A stretch of DNA of 64,000 nucleotides, taken from assembly GCF_009914755.1 (NCBI RefSeq), contig NC_060939.1. The stretch is one strand, 5' to 3'. The stretch comes from the human T2T-CHM13v2.0 reference genome, Homo sapiens. A program made the translations under genes and the position numbers. How positions within the stretch are numbered: position 1 is the stretch's first letter; each line of letters opens with the position of its first letter. Under the pieces are notes generated by a model. The model was not told where the DNA came from, searched no databases, and worked only from the letters and a program-made list of their open reading frames with translations. This document shows, piece after piece, positions 1-12,300 of the stretch.

Positions 1-76
1 TGTTCAACTAGGTGACTTGAATGCAAACATCACAAAGCAGTTTCTGAGAATGCTGCTGTCTACTTTCTATTTGTAA

Positions 77-93
77 TCCCGTTTCCAACGAAA
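77..93 (-). promoter_or_regulatory. CENP-B box, representative of about 200 in the window (8 per 15-mer, 6 per 11-mer, 10 in the 19-mer)
   Basis: tcccgtttccaacgaaa is the reverse complement of TTTCGTTGGAAACGGGA, a perfect match to YTTCGTTGGAARCGGGA. Confidence 0.97.
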
Positions 94-247
94 TCCTCAG
101 AACTATCGAAATTTCCAATTGCAGATTCCACAAAAAGCGTGTTTCAAAGCTGCTCTGTAAAAAGAAAGGTTCAACTCTGTTAGTTGAATACACACGTCAC
201 AAACAAGTTTCTGAGAATGCTTCTGTCTAGTTTTTATGGGAAGATAT

Positions 248-264
248 TTCCTTTTTCACCGTAG
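248..264 (+). promoter_or_regulatory. pJalpha-type box of an A-type monomer (representative), at the position homologous to the CENP-B box
   Basis: ttcctttttcaccgtag matches TTCCTTTTYCACCRTAG and lies exactly 171 bp from the CENP-B boxes at 77 and 419. Confidence 0.85.
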
Positions 265-418
265 GCCTCAAAGCGCTCCAAATGTCCACTTCCACATACT
301 ACAAAAAGAGTGTTTCAAACCTGCTCTATGATAGGGAATGTTGAAACCTATGAGTTGAATGCAAGCATTACAAAGAGGTTTCTGAGAATGCTTCTGTCTA
401 GATTTTATATGTAGATAT

Positions 419-435
419 TCCCGTTTCCAACGAAA
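419..435 (-). promoter_or_regulatory. CENP-B box, first of an adjacent-monomer pair
   Basis: tcccgtttccaacgaaa. Confidence 0.96.
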
Positions 436-589
436 TCCTCAAAGCTATCCAAATATCAACTTGCAGATTCTACAAAAGGAATGTTTCCAAAATGCTGTAT
501 CCAAACAAAGGTTCAACTCTGTGAATTGAGGGCATACATCACAAAGAAGATTCTGAGAATGCTTCTGTCTAGATTTTATATGAAAATAT

Positions 590-606
590 TCCCGTTTCCA
601 ACGAAA
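590..606 (-). promoter_or_regulatory. CENP-B box, second of the adjacent-monomer pair, 171 bp after the previous box
   Basis: tcccgtttccaacgaaa. Confidence 0.96.
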
Positions 607-931
607 TCCTCAAAGCTATCCAAATATCCACTTGCAAATGCCACAAAAAGAGTGTTTCCAAACTGCTCTGTGAAAAGGAAGGTTCAACTCTGTTAGTTGA
701 GTACACACATCACAAAGAGGTTTCTGAGAATGCTGCTGACTAGTTTTTATTTGAAGATATTTCCCTTTTCACCTTAGGCCTAAGAGTGCTCGAAATGTCC
801 ATTTCCACATACTCCACAAAGTGTGTTTCAAACGTGCTGTATGAAAGGGAATGTTCAACTCTATGAGTTGAATGCAAACATCACAAAGAAGACTCTGAGA
901 ATGCTTTTGTCTAGATTTTATATGAAGATAT

Positions 932-948
932 TCCCGTGTCCAACGAAA
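932..948 (-). promoter_or_regulatory. Variant CENP-B box (TTTCGTTGGACACGGGA) with the nine essential bases retained
   Basis: tcccgtgtccaacgaaa matches NTTCGNNNNANNCGGGN; the change is at non-essential position 11. Confidence 0.88.
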
Positions 949-1273
949 TTTTCAAAGGTCTCCAAATATCCATTTGTAGATTCTACAAAAAGAGTGTTTC
1001 CAAACTGCTGTATCAAAACAAAGGTTGAACTCTGTGAGTTGAGGACACACATCACAAATAAGTTTCTGAGAATGCTTCTGTCTAGTTTTTATTTGAAGAT
1101 GTTTCCTTTTTCACCATAGGCCTGAAAGCGCTCGAAATGTCCACTTCCAGATAGTACAGAAAGAGTGTTTCAAACCTGCTCTATGAACGGGAATGTTCAG
1201 CTCTGTGAGTTGAATGCAAACATCACAAAGCAGGTTCTGAGAATGCTTCCGTCTAGATTTTAAATGAGGATAT

Positions 1274-1290
1274 TCCCGTTTCCAACGAAA
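1274..1290 (-). promoter_or_regulatory. CENP-B box
   Basis: tcccgtttccaacgaaa. Confidence 0.96.
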
Positions 1291-1506
1291 TCCTCGAAGC
1301 TATCCAAATATCCACTTGCAGATTCCACAAAAAGAGTGTTTCAAAACTGCTCTGTCAAAAGATAGGTTCAACTCTGTTAGTTGAGTACACACATGGCAAA
1401 CAAGATTGCGAGAATGCTTTCGTCTAGTTTTTTTGGGAAGATATTTCCTTCTTCACCATAGGCCTCAAAGCGCTCCAAATATCCATTTCCACATGCTATA
1501 CAAAGA

Positions 1507-2866
1507 GTGTCTCAAACCTGCTGTATGAATGGGAATGTTCAACTCTATGAGTTGAATGCAAACATCACAAAGAAGTTTCTGAGAATGCTGCTGTCTAGAT
1601 TTTATATGAAGGTTTTCCCGCTTCCAACGAAATTTTCAATGCTCTCAAAATATCCTCTTGTAGATTCTACAAAAAGAGTGTTTCCAAACTGCTGTATCAA
1701 AACAAAGGTTCATCTCTGTTAGTTGAGGACACACATCACAAATAAGTTTCTGAGAATGCTTCTGTCTAGTTCTTATTTGAAGACATTTCCTTTCTCACCT
1801 TAGGCCTGAAAACGCTCGAAATATCCACTTCCAGATACGACAGAAACTGTGATTCAAACCTGCTCTATGAAAGGGAATGTTCAACTAGGTGACTTGAATG
1901 CAAACATCACAAAGCAGTTTCTGAGAATGCTGCTGTCTACTTTCTATTTGTAATCCCGTTTCCAACGAAATCCTCAGAACTATCGAAATTTCCAATTGCA
2001 GATTCCACAAAAAGCGTGTTTCAAAGCTGCTCTGTAGAAAGAAAGGTTCAACTCTGTTAGTTGAATACACACGTCACAAACAAGTTTCTGAGAATGCTTC
2101 TGTCTAGTTTTTATGGGAAGATATTTCCTTTTTCACCGTAGGCCTCAAAGCGCTCCAAATGTCCACTTCCACATACTACAAAAAGAGTGTTTCAAACCTG
2201 CTGTATGAAAGGGAATGTTCAACTCTATGAGTTGAATGCAAACATTACAAAGAAGTTTCTGAGAATGCTTCTGTCTAGATTTTATATGAAGGTTTTCCCG
2301 TTTCCAACGAAATTTTCAATGCTCTCAAAATATCCACTTGTAGATTCTACAAAAAGAGTGTTTCCAAACTGTTGTGTCAAAAGAAAGGTTCAACTCTCTT
2401 TGTTGAGGACACACATCACAAATAAGTTTCTGAGAATGCTTCTGTCTAGTTCTTATTTGAAGACATTTCCTTTCTCACCTTAGGCCTGAAAACGCTCGAA
2501 ATATCCACTTCCAGATACGACAGAAACAGTGATTCAAACCTGCTCTATGAAAGGGAATGTTCAACTAGGTGACTTGAATGCAAACATCACAAAGCAGTTT
2601 CTGAGAATGCTGCTGTCTACTTTCTATTTGTAATCCCGTTTCCAACGAAATCCTCAGAACTATCGAAATTTCCAATTGCAGATTCCACAGAAACAGGGTT
2701 TCAAAGCTGCTCTGTAAAAAGAAAGGTTCAACTCTGTTAGTTGAATACACACGTCACAAACAAGTTTCTGAGAATGCTTCTGTCTAGTTTTTATGGGAAG
2801 ATATTTCCTTTTTCACCGTAGGCCTCAAAGCGCTCCAAATGTCCACTTCCACATACTACAAAAAGA
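1507..2866 (-). repeat. Internal tandem duplication of a 680-bp 4-mer that turns the 11-mer into the 15-mer
   Basis: 1507-2186 and 2187-2866 are homologous at 680-bp offset (ORF pairs 1507/2187 and 1885/2565). The same arrangement is present in every 15-mer. Confidence 0.93.
1616..1632 (-). promoter_or_regulatory. CENP-B box, G variant (TTTCGTTGGAAGCGGGA)
   Basis: tcccgcttccaacgaaa matches the consensus with R=G. Confidence 0.96.
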
Positions 2867-5800
2867 GTGTTTCAAACCTGCTCTATGATAGGGAATGTTG
2901 AAACCTATGAGTTGAATGCAAGCATTACAAAGAGGTTTCTGAGAATGCTTCTGTCTAGATTTTATATGTAGATATTCCCGTTTCCAACGAAATCCTCAAA
3001 GCTATCCAAATATCAACTTGCAGATTCTACAAAAGGAATGTTTCCAAAATGCTGTATCCAAACAAAGGTTCAACTCTGTGAATTGAGGGCATACATCACA
3101 AAGAAGATTCTGAGAATGCTTCTGTCTAGATTTTATATGAAAATATTCCCGTTTCCAACGAAATCCTCAAAGCTATCCAAATATCCACTTGCAAATGCCA
3201 CAAAAAGAGTGTTTCCAAACTGCTCTGTGAAAAGGAAGGTTCAACTCTGTTAGTTGAGTACACACATCACAAAGAGGTTTCTGAGAATGCTGCTGACTAG
3301 TTTTTATTTGAAGATATTTCCCTTTTCACCTTAGGCCTAAGAGTGCTCGAAATGTCCATTTCCACATACTCCACAAAGTGTGTTTCAAACGTGCTGTATG
3401 AAAGGGAATGTTCAACTCTATGAGTTGAATGCAAACATCACAAAGAAGACTCTGAGAATGCTTTTGTCTAGATTTTATATGAAGATATTCCCGTGTCCAA
3501 CGAAATTTTCAAAGGTCTCCAAATATCCATTTGTAGATTCTACAAAAAGAGTGTTTCCAAACTGCTGTATCAAAACAAAGGTTGAACTCTGTGAGTTGAG
3601 GACACACATCACAAATAAGTTTCTGAGAATGCTTCTGTCTAGTTTTTATTTGAAGATGTTTCCTTTTTCACCATAGGCCTGAAAGCGCTCGAAATGTCCA
3701 CTTCCAGATAGTACAGAAAGAGTGTTTCAAACCTGCTCTATGAACGGGAATGTTCAGCTCTGTGAGTTGAATGCAAACATCACAAAGCAGGTTCTGAGAA
3801 TGCTTCCGTCTAGATTTTAAATGAGGATATTCCCGTTTCCAACGAAATCCTCGAAGCTATCCAAATATCCACTTGCAGATTCCACAAAAAGAGAGTTTCA
3901 AAACTGCTCTATCAAAAGATAGGTTCAACTCTGTTAGTTGAGTACACACATGGCAAACAAGATTCCGAGAATGCTTTCGTCTAGTTTTTTTGGGAAGATA
4001 TTTCCTTCTTCACCATAGGCCTCAAAGCGCTCCAAATATCCATTTCCACATGCTATACAAAGAGTGTCTCAAACCTGCTGTATGAATGGGAATGTTCAAC
4101 TCTATGAGTTGAATGCAAACATCACAAAGAAGTTTCTGAGAATGCTGCTGTCTAGATTTTATATGAAGGTTTTCCCGCTTCCAACGAAATTTTCAATGCT
4201 CTCAAAATATCCTCTTGTAGATTCTACAAAAAGAGTGTTTCCAAACTGCTGTATCAAAACAAAGGTTCATCTCTGTTAGTTGAGGACACACATCACAAAT
4301 AAGTTTCTGAGAATGCTTCTGTCTAGTTCTTATTTGAAGACATTTCCTTTCTCACCTTAGGCCTGAAAACGCTCGAAATATCCACTTCCAGATACGACAG
4401 AAACAGTGATTCAAACCTGCTCTATGAAAGGGAATGTTCAACTAGGTGACTTGAATGCAAACATCACAAAGCAGTTTCTGAGAATGCTGCTGTCTACTTT
4501 CTATTTGTAATCCCGTTTCCAACGAAATCCTCAGAACTATCGAAATTTCCAATTGCAGATTCCACAGAAACAGGGTTTCAAAGCTGCTCTGTAAAAAGAA
4601 AGGTTCAACTCTGTTAGTTGAATACACACGTCACAAACAAGTTTCTGAGAATGCTTCTGTCTAGTTTTTATGGGAAGATATTTCCTTTTTCACGGTAGGC
4701 CTCAAAGCGCTCCAAATGTCCACTTCCACATACTACAAAAAGAGTGTTTCAAACCTGCTCTATGATAGGGAATGTTGAAACCTATGAGTTGAATGCAAGC
4801 ATTACAAATAGGTTTCTGAGAATGCTTCTGTCTAGATTTTATATGTAGATATTCCCGTTTCCAACGAAATCCTCAAAGCTATCCAAATATCAACTTGCAG
4901 ATTCTACAAAAGGAATGTTTCCAAAATGCTGTATCCAAACAAAGGTTCAACTCTGTGAATTGAGGGCATACATCACAAAGAAGATTCTGAGAATGCTTCT
5001 GTCTAGATTTTATATGAAAATATTCCCGTTTCCAACGAAATCCTCAAAGCTATCCAAATATCCACTTGCAAATGCCACAAAAAGAGTGTTTCCAAACTGC
5101 TCTGTGAAAAGGAAGGTTCAACTCTGTTAGTTGAGTACACACATCACAAAGAGGTTTCTGAGAATGCTGCTGACTAGTTTTTATTTGAAGATATTTCCCT
5201 TTTCACCTTAGGCCTAAGAGTGCTCGAAATGTCCATTTCCACATACTCCACAAAGTGTGTTTCAAACGTGCTGTATGAAAGGGAATGTTCAACTCTATCA
5301 GTTGAATGCAAACATCACAAAGAAGACTCTGAGAATGCTTTTGTCTAGATTTTATATGAAGATATTCCCGTGTCCAACGAAATTTTCAAAGGTCTCCAAA
5401 TATCCATTTGTAGATTCTACAAAAAGAGTGTTTCCAAACTGCTGTATCAAAACAAAGGTTGAACTCTGTGAGTTGAGGACACACATCACAAATAAGTTTC
5501 TGAGAATGCTTCTGTCTAGTTTTTATTTGAAGATGTTTCCTTTTTCACCATAGGCCTGAAAGCGCTCGAAATGTCCACTTCCAGATAGTACAGAAAGAGT
5601 GTTTCAAACCTGCTCTATGAACGGGAATGTTCAGCTCTGTGAGTTGAATGCAAACATCACAAAGCAGGTTCTGAGAATGCTTCCGTCTAGATTTTAAATG
5701 AGGATATTCCCGTTTCCAACGAAATCCTCGAAGCTATCCAAATATCCACTTGCAGATTCCACAAAAAGAGAGTTTCAAAACTGCTCTATCAAAAGATAGG

Positions 5801-6311
5801 TTCAACTCTGTTAGTTGAGTACACACATGGCAAACAAGATTCCGAGAATGCTTTCGTCTAGTTTTTTTGGGAAGATATTTCCTTCTTCACCATAGGCCTC
5901 AAAGCGCTCCAAATATCCATTTCCACATGCTATACAAAGAGTGTCTCAAACCTGCTGTATGAATGGGAATGTTCAACTCTATGAGTTGAATGCAAACATC
6001 ACAAAGAAGTTTCTGAGAATGCTGCTGTCTAGATTTTATATGAAGGTTTTCCCGCTTCCAACGAAATTTTCAATGCTCTCAAAATATCCTCTTGTAGATT
6101 CTACAAAAAGAGTGTTTCCAAACTGCTGTATCAAAACAAAGGTTCATCTCTGTTAGTTGAGGACACACATCACAAATAAGTTTCTGAGAATGCTTCTGTC
6201 TAGTTCTTATTTGAAGACATTTCCTTTCTCACCTTAGGCCTGAAAACGCTCGAAATATCCACTTCCAGATACGACAGAAACAGTGATTCAAACCTGCTCT
6301 ATGAAAGGGAA
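2558..6311 (-). repeat. Two tandem 11-mer HOR variants (1877 bp each) with only one 4-mer copy
   Basis: Landmark spacing 3038->4915->6792 is 1877 = 11x171-4 each. Confidence 0.95.
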
Positions 6312-9300
6312 TGTTCAACTAGGTGACTTGAATGCAAACATCACAAAGCAGTTTCTGAGAATGCTGCTGTCTACTTTCTATTTGTAATCCCGTTTCCAAC
6401 GAAATCCTCAGAACTATCGAAATTTCCAATTGCAGATTCCACAGAAACAGGGTTTCAAAGCTGCTCTGTAAAAAGAAAGGTTCAACTCTGTTAGTTGAAT
6501 ACACACGTCACAAACAAGTTTCTGAGAATGCTTCTGTCTAGTTTTTATGGGAAGATATTTCCTTTTTCACCGTAGGCCTCAAAGCGCTCCAAATGTCCAC
6601 TTCCACATACTACAAAAAGAGTGTTTCAAACCTGCTCTATGATAGGGAATGTTGAAACCTATGAGTTGAATGCAAGCATTACAAAGAGGTTTCTGAGAAT
6701 GCTTCTGTCTAGATTTTATATGTAGATATTCCCGTTTCCAACGAAATCCTCAAAGCTATCCAAATATCAACTTGCAGATTCTACAAAAGGAATGTTTCCA
6801 AAATGCTGTATCCAAACAAAGGTTCAACTCTGTGAATTGAGGGCATACATCACAAAGAAGATTCTGAGAATGCTTCTGTCTAGGTTTTATATGAAAATAT
6901 TCCCGTTTCCAACGAAATCCTCAAAGCTATCCAAATATCCACTTGCAAATGCCACAAAAAGAGTGTTTCCAAACTGCTCTGTGAAAAGGAAGGTTCAACT
7001 CTGTTAGTTGAGTACACACATCACAAAGAGGTTTCTGAGAATGCTGCTGACTAGTTTTTATTTGAAGATATTTCCCTTTTCACCTTAGGCCTAAGAGTGC
7101 TCGAAATGTCCATTTCCACATACTCCACAAAGTGTGTTTCAAACGTGCTGTATGAAAGGGAATGTTCAACTCTATGAGTTGAATGCAAACATCACAAAGA
7201 AGACTCTGAGAATGCTTTTGTCTAGATTTTATATGAAGATATTCCCGTGTCCAACGAAATTTTCAAAGGTCTCCAAATATCCATTTGTAGATTCTACAAA
7301 AAGAGTGTTTCCAAACTGCTGTATCAAAACAAAGGTTGAACTCTGTGAGTTGAGGACACACATCACAAATAAGTTTCTGAGAATGCTTCTGTCTAGTTTT
7401 TATTTGAAGATGTTTCCTTTTTCACCATAGGCCTGAAAGCGCTCGAAATGTCCACTTCCAGATAGTACAGAAAGAGTGTTTCAAACCTGCTCTATGAACG
7501 GGAATGTTCAGCTCTGTGAGTTGAATGCAAACATCACAAAGCAGGTTCTGAGAATGCTTCCGTCTAGATTTTAAATGAGGATATTCCCGTTTCCAACGAA
7601 ATCCTCGAAGCTATCCAAATATCCACTTGCAGATTCCACAAAAAGAGAGTTTCAAAACTGCTCTATCAAAAGATAGGTTCAACTCTGTTAGTTGAGTACA
7701 CACATGGCAAACAAGATTCCGAGAATGCTTTCGTCTAGTTTTTTTGGGAAGATATTTCCTTCTTCACCATAGGCCTCAAAGCGCTCCAAATATCCATTTC
7801 CACATGCTATACAAAGAGTGTCTCAAACCTGCTGTATGAATGGGAATGTTCAACTCTATGAGTTGAATGCAAACATCACAAAGAAGTTTCTGAGAATGCT
7901 GCTGTCTAGATTTTATATGAAGGTTTTCCCGCTTCCAATGAAATTTTCAATGCTCTCAAAATATCCTCTTGTAGATTCTACAAAAAGAGTGTTTCCAAAC
8001 TGCTGTATCAAAACAAAGGTTCATCTCTGTTAGTTGAGGACACACATCACAAATAAGTTTCTGAGAATGCTTCTGTCTAGTTCTTATTTGAAGACATTTC
8101 CTTTCTCACCTTAGGCCTGAAAGCGCTCGAAATACCCACTTCCAGATACTACAGAAACAGTGATTCAAACCTGCTCTATGAAAGGGAATGTTCAACTATG
8201 TGACTTGAATGCAAACATCACAAAGCAGTTTCTGAGAATGCTGCTGTCTACTTTCTATTTGTAATCCCGTTTCCAACGAAATCCTCAGAACTATCGAAAT
8301 TTCCAATTGCAGATTCCACAGAAACAGGGTTTCAAAGCTGCTCTGTAAAAAGAAAGGTTCAACTCTGTTAGTTGAATACACACGTCACAAACAAGTTTCT
8401 GAGAATGCTTCTGTCTAGTTTTTATGGGAAGATATTTCCTTTTTCACCGTAGGCCTCAAAGCGCTCCAAATGTCCACTTCCACATACTACAAAAAGAGTG
8501 TTTCAAACCTGCTGTATGAAAGGGAATGTTCAACTCTATGAGTTGAATGCAAACATTACAAAGAAGTTTCTGAGAATGCTTCTGTCTAGATTTTATATGA
8601 AGGTTTTCCCGTTTCCAACGAAATTTTCAATGCTCTCAAAATATCCACTTGTAGATTCTACAAAAAGAGTGTTTCCAAACTGCTGTGTCAAAAGAAAGGT
8701 TCAACTCTGTTAGTTGAGGACACACATCACAAATAAGTTTCTGAGAATGCTTCTGTCTAGTTCTTATTTGAAGACATTTCCTTTCTCACCTTAGGCCTGA
8801 AAACGCTCGAAATATCCACTTCCAGATACGACAGAAACAGTGATTCAAACCTGCTCTATGAAAGGGAATGTTCAACTAGGTGACTTGAATGCAAACATCA
8901 CAAAGCAGTTTCTGAGAATGCTGCTGTCTACTTTCTATTTGTAATCCCGTTTCCAACGAAATCCTCAGAACTATCGAAATTTCCAATTGCAGATTCCACA
9001 GAAACAGGGTTTCAAAGCTGCTCTGTAAAAAGAAAGGTTCAACTCTGTTAGTTGAATACACACGTCACAAACAAGTTTCTGAGAATGCTTCTGTCTAGTT
9101 TTTATGGGAAGATATTTCCTTTTTCACCGTAGGCCTCAAAGCGCTCCAAATGTCCACTTCCACATACTACAAAAAGAGTGTTTCAAACCTGCTCTATGAT
9201 AGGGAATGTTGAAACCTATGAGTTGAATGCAAGCATTACAAAGAGGTTTCTGAGAATGCTTCTGTCTAGATTTTATATGTAGATATTCCCGTTTCCAACG

Positions 9301-12300
9301 AAATCCTCAAAGCTATCCAAATATCAACTTGCAGATTCTACAAAAGGAATGTTTCCAAAATGCTGTATCCAAACAAAGGTTCAACTCTGTGAATTGAGGG
9401 CATACATCACAAAGAAGATTCTGAGAATGCTTCTGTCTAGATTTTATATGAAAATATTCCCGTTTCCAACGAAATCCTCAAAGCTATCCAAATATCCACT
9501 TGCAAATGCCACAAAAAGAGTGTTTCCAAACTGCTCTGTGAAAAGGAAGGTTCAACTCTGTTAGTTGAGTACACACATCACAAAGAGGTTTCTGAGAATG
9601 CTGCTGACTAGTTTTTATTTGAAGATATTTCCCTTTTCACCTTAGGCCTAAGAGTGCTCGAAATGTCCATTTCCACATACTCCACAAAGTGTGTTTCAAA
9701 CGTGCTGTATGAAAGGGAATGTTCAACTCTATGAGTTGAATGCAAACATCACAAAGAAGACTCTGAGAATGCTTTTGTCTAGATTTTATATGAAGATATT
9801 CCCGTGTCCAACGAAATTTTCAAAGGTCTCCAAATACCCATTTGTAGATTCTACAAAAAGAGTGTTTCCAAACTGCTGTATCAAAACAAAGGTTGAACTC
9901 TGTGAGTTGAGGACACACATCACAAATAAGTTTCTGAGAATGCTTCTGTCTAGTTTTTATTTGAAGATGTTTCCTTTTTCACCATAGGCCTGAAAGCGCT
10001 CGAAATGTCCACTTCCAGATAGTACAGAAAGAGTGTTTCAAACCTGCTCTATGAACGGGAATGTTCAGCTCTGTGAGTTGAATGCAAACATCACAAAGCA
10101 GGTTCTGAGAATGCTTCCGTCTAGATTTTAAATGAGGATATTCCCGTTTCCAACGAAATCCTCGAAGCTATCCAAATATCCACTTGCAGATTCCACAAAA
10201 AGAGTGTTTCAAAACTGCTCTGTCAAAAGATAGGTTCAACTCTGTTAGTTGAGTACACACATGGCAAACAAGATTGCGAGAATGCTTTCGTCTAGTTTTT
10301 TTGGGAAGATATTTCCTTCTTCACCATAGGCCTCAAAGCGCTCCAAATATCCATTTCCACATGCTATACAAAGAGTGTCTCAAACCTGCTGTATGAATGG
10401 GAATGTTCAACTCTATGAGTTGAATGCAAACATCACAAAGAAGTTTCTGAGAATGCTGCTGTCTAGATTTTATATGAAGGTTTTCCCCCTTCCAACGAAA
10501 TTTTCAATGCTCTCAAAATATCCTCTTGTAGATTCTACAAAAAGAGTGTTTCCAAACTGCTGTATCAAAACAAAGGTTCATCTCTGTTAGTTGAGGACAC
10601 ACATCACAAATAAGTTTCTGAGAATGCTTCTGTCTAGTTCTTATTTGAAGACATTTCCTTTCTCACCTTAGGCCTGAAAGCGCTCGAAATACCCACTTCC
10701 AGATACTACAGAAACAGTGATTCAAACCTGCTCTATTAAAGGGAATGTTCAACTATGTGACTTGAATGCAAACATCACAAAGCAGTTTCTGAGAATGCTG
10801 CTGTCTACTTTCTATTTGTAATCCCGTTTCCAACGAAATCCTCAGAACTATCGAAATTTCCAATTGCAGATTCCACAGAAACAGGGTTTCAAAGCTGCTC
10901 TGTAAAAAGAAAGGTTCAACTCTGTTAGTTGAATACACACGTCACAAACAAGTTTCTGAGAATGCTTCTGTCTAGTTTTTATGGGAAGATATTTCCTTTT
11001 TCACCGTAGGCCTCAAAGCGCTCCAAATGTCCACTTCCACATACTACAAAAAGAGTGTTTCAAACCTGCTGTATGAAAGGGAATGTTCAACTCTATGAGT
11101 TGAATGCAAACATTACAAAGAAGTTTCTGAGAATGCTTCTGTCTAGATTTTATATGAAGGTTTTCCCGTTTCCAACGAAATTTTCAATGCTCTCAAAATA
11201 TCCACTTGTAGATTCTACAAAAAGAGTGTTTCCAAACTGCTGTGTCAAAAGAAAGGTTCAACTCTGTTAGTTGAGGACACACATCACAAATAAGTTTCTG
11301 AGAATGCTTCTGTCTAGTTCTTATTTGAAGACATTTCCTTTCTCACCTTAGGCCTGAAAACCCTCGAAATATCCACTTCCAGATACGACAGAAACAGTGA
11401 TTCAAACCTGCTCTATGAAAGGGAATGTTCAACTAGGTGACTTGAATGCAAACATCACAAAGCAGTTTCTGAGAATGCTGCTGTCTACTTTCTATTTGTA
11501 ATCCCGTTTCCAACGAAATCCTCAGAACTATCGAAATTTCCAATTGCAGATTCCACAGAAACAGGGTTTCAAAGCTGCTCTGTAAAAAGAAAGGTTCAAC
11601 TCTGTTAGTTGAATACACACGTCACAAAGAAGTTTCTGAGAATGCTTCTGTCTAGTTTTTATGGGAAGATATTTCCTTTTTCACCGTAGGCCTCAAAGCG
11701 CTCCAAATGTCCACTTCCACATACTACAAAAAGAGTGTTTCAAACCTGCTCTATGATAGGGAATGTTGAAACCTATGAGTTGAATGCAAGCATTACAAAG
11801 AGGTTTCTGAGAATGCTTCTGTCTAGATTTTATATGTAGATATTCCCGTTTCCAACGAAATCCTCAAAGCTATCCAAATATCAACTTGCAGATTCTGCAA
11901 AAGGAATGTTTCCAAAATGCTGTATCCAAACAAAGGTTCAACTCTGTGAATTGAGGGCATACATCACAAAGAAGATTCTGAGAATGCTTCTATCTAGATT
12001 TTATATGAAAATATTCCCGTTTCCAACGAAATCCTCAAAGCTATCCAAATATCCACTTGCAAATGCCACAAAAAGAGTGTTTCCAAACTGCTCTGTGAAA
12101 AGGAAGGTTCAACTCTGTTAGTTGAGTACACACATCACAAAGAGGTTTCTGAGAATGCTGCTGACTAGTTTTTATGTGAAGATATTTCCCTTTTCACCTT
12201 AGGCCTAAGAGTGCTCGAAATGTCCATTTCCACATACTCCACAATGTGTGTTTCAAACGTGCTGTATGAAAGGGAATGTTCAACTCTATGAGTTGAATGC

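Larger units (their letters stand above)
1..2557 (-). repeat. Canonical 15-mer HOR unit (2557 bp); phase arbitrarily set at window position 1
   Basis: Landmark ORF starts at 481 and 3038 differ by 2557 = 15x171-8, because two 167-bp monomers are present. The unit carries 8 CENP-B boxes, at 77, 419, 590, 932, 1274, 1616, 1954 and 2296. Confidence 0.95.

Noticed and set aside
264-276. Short palindromes (aggcct, agcgct, tctaga) as hairpin or regulatory signals
   Set aside because: These are ordinary 6-bp dyads of the alphoid consensus, with no extended inverted repeat.
932-948. tcccgtGtccaacgaaa as a dead CENP-B box
   Set aside because: The substitution is at non-essential position 11. All nine required bases are kept and the variant is fixed in all units.
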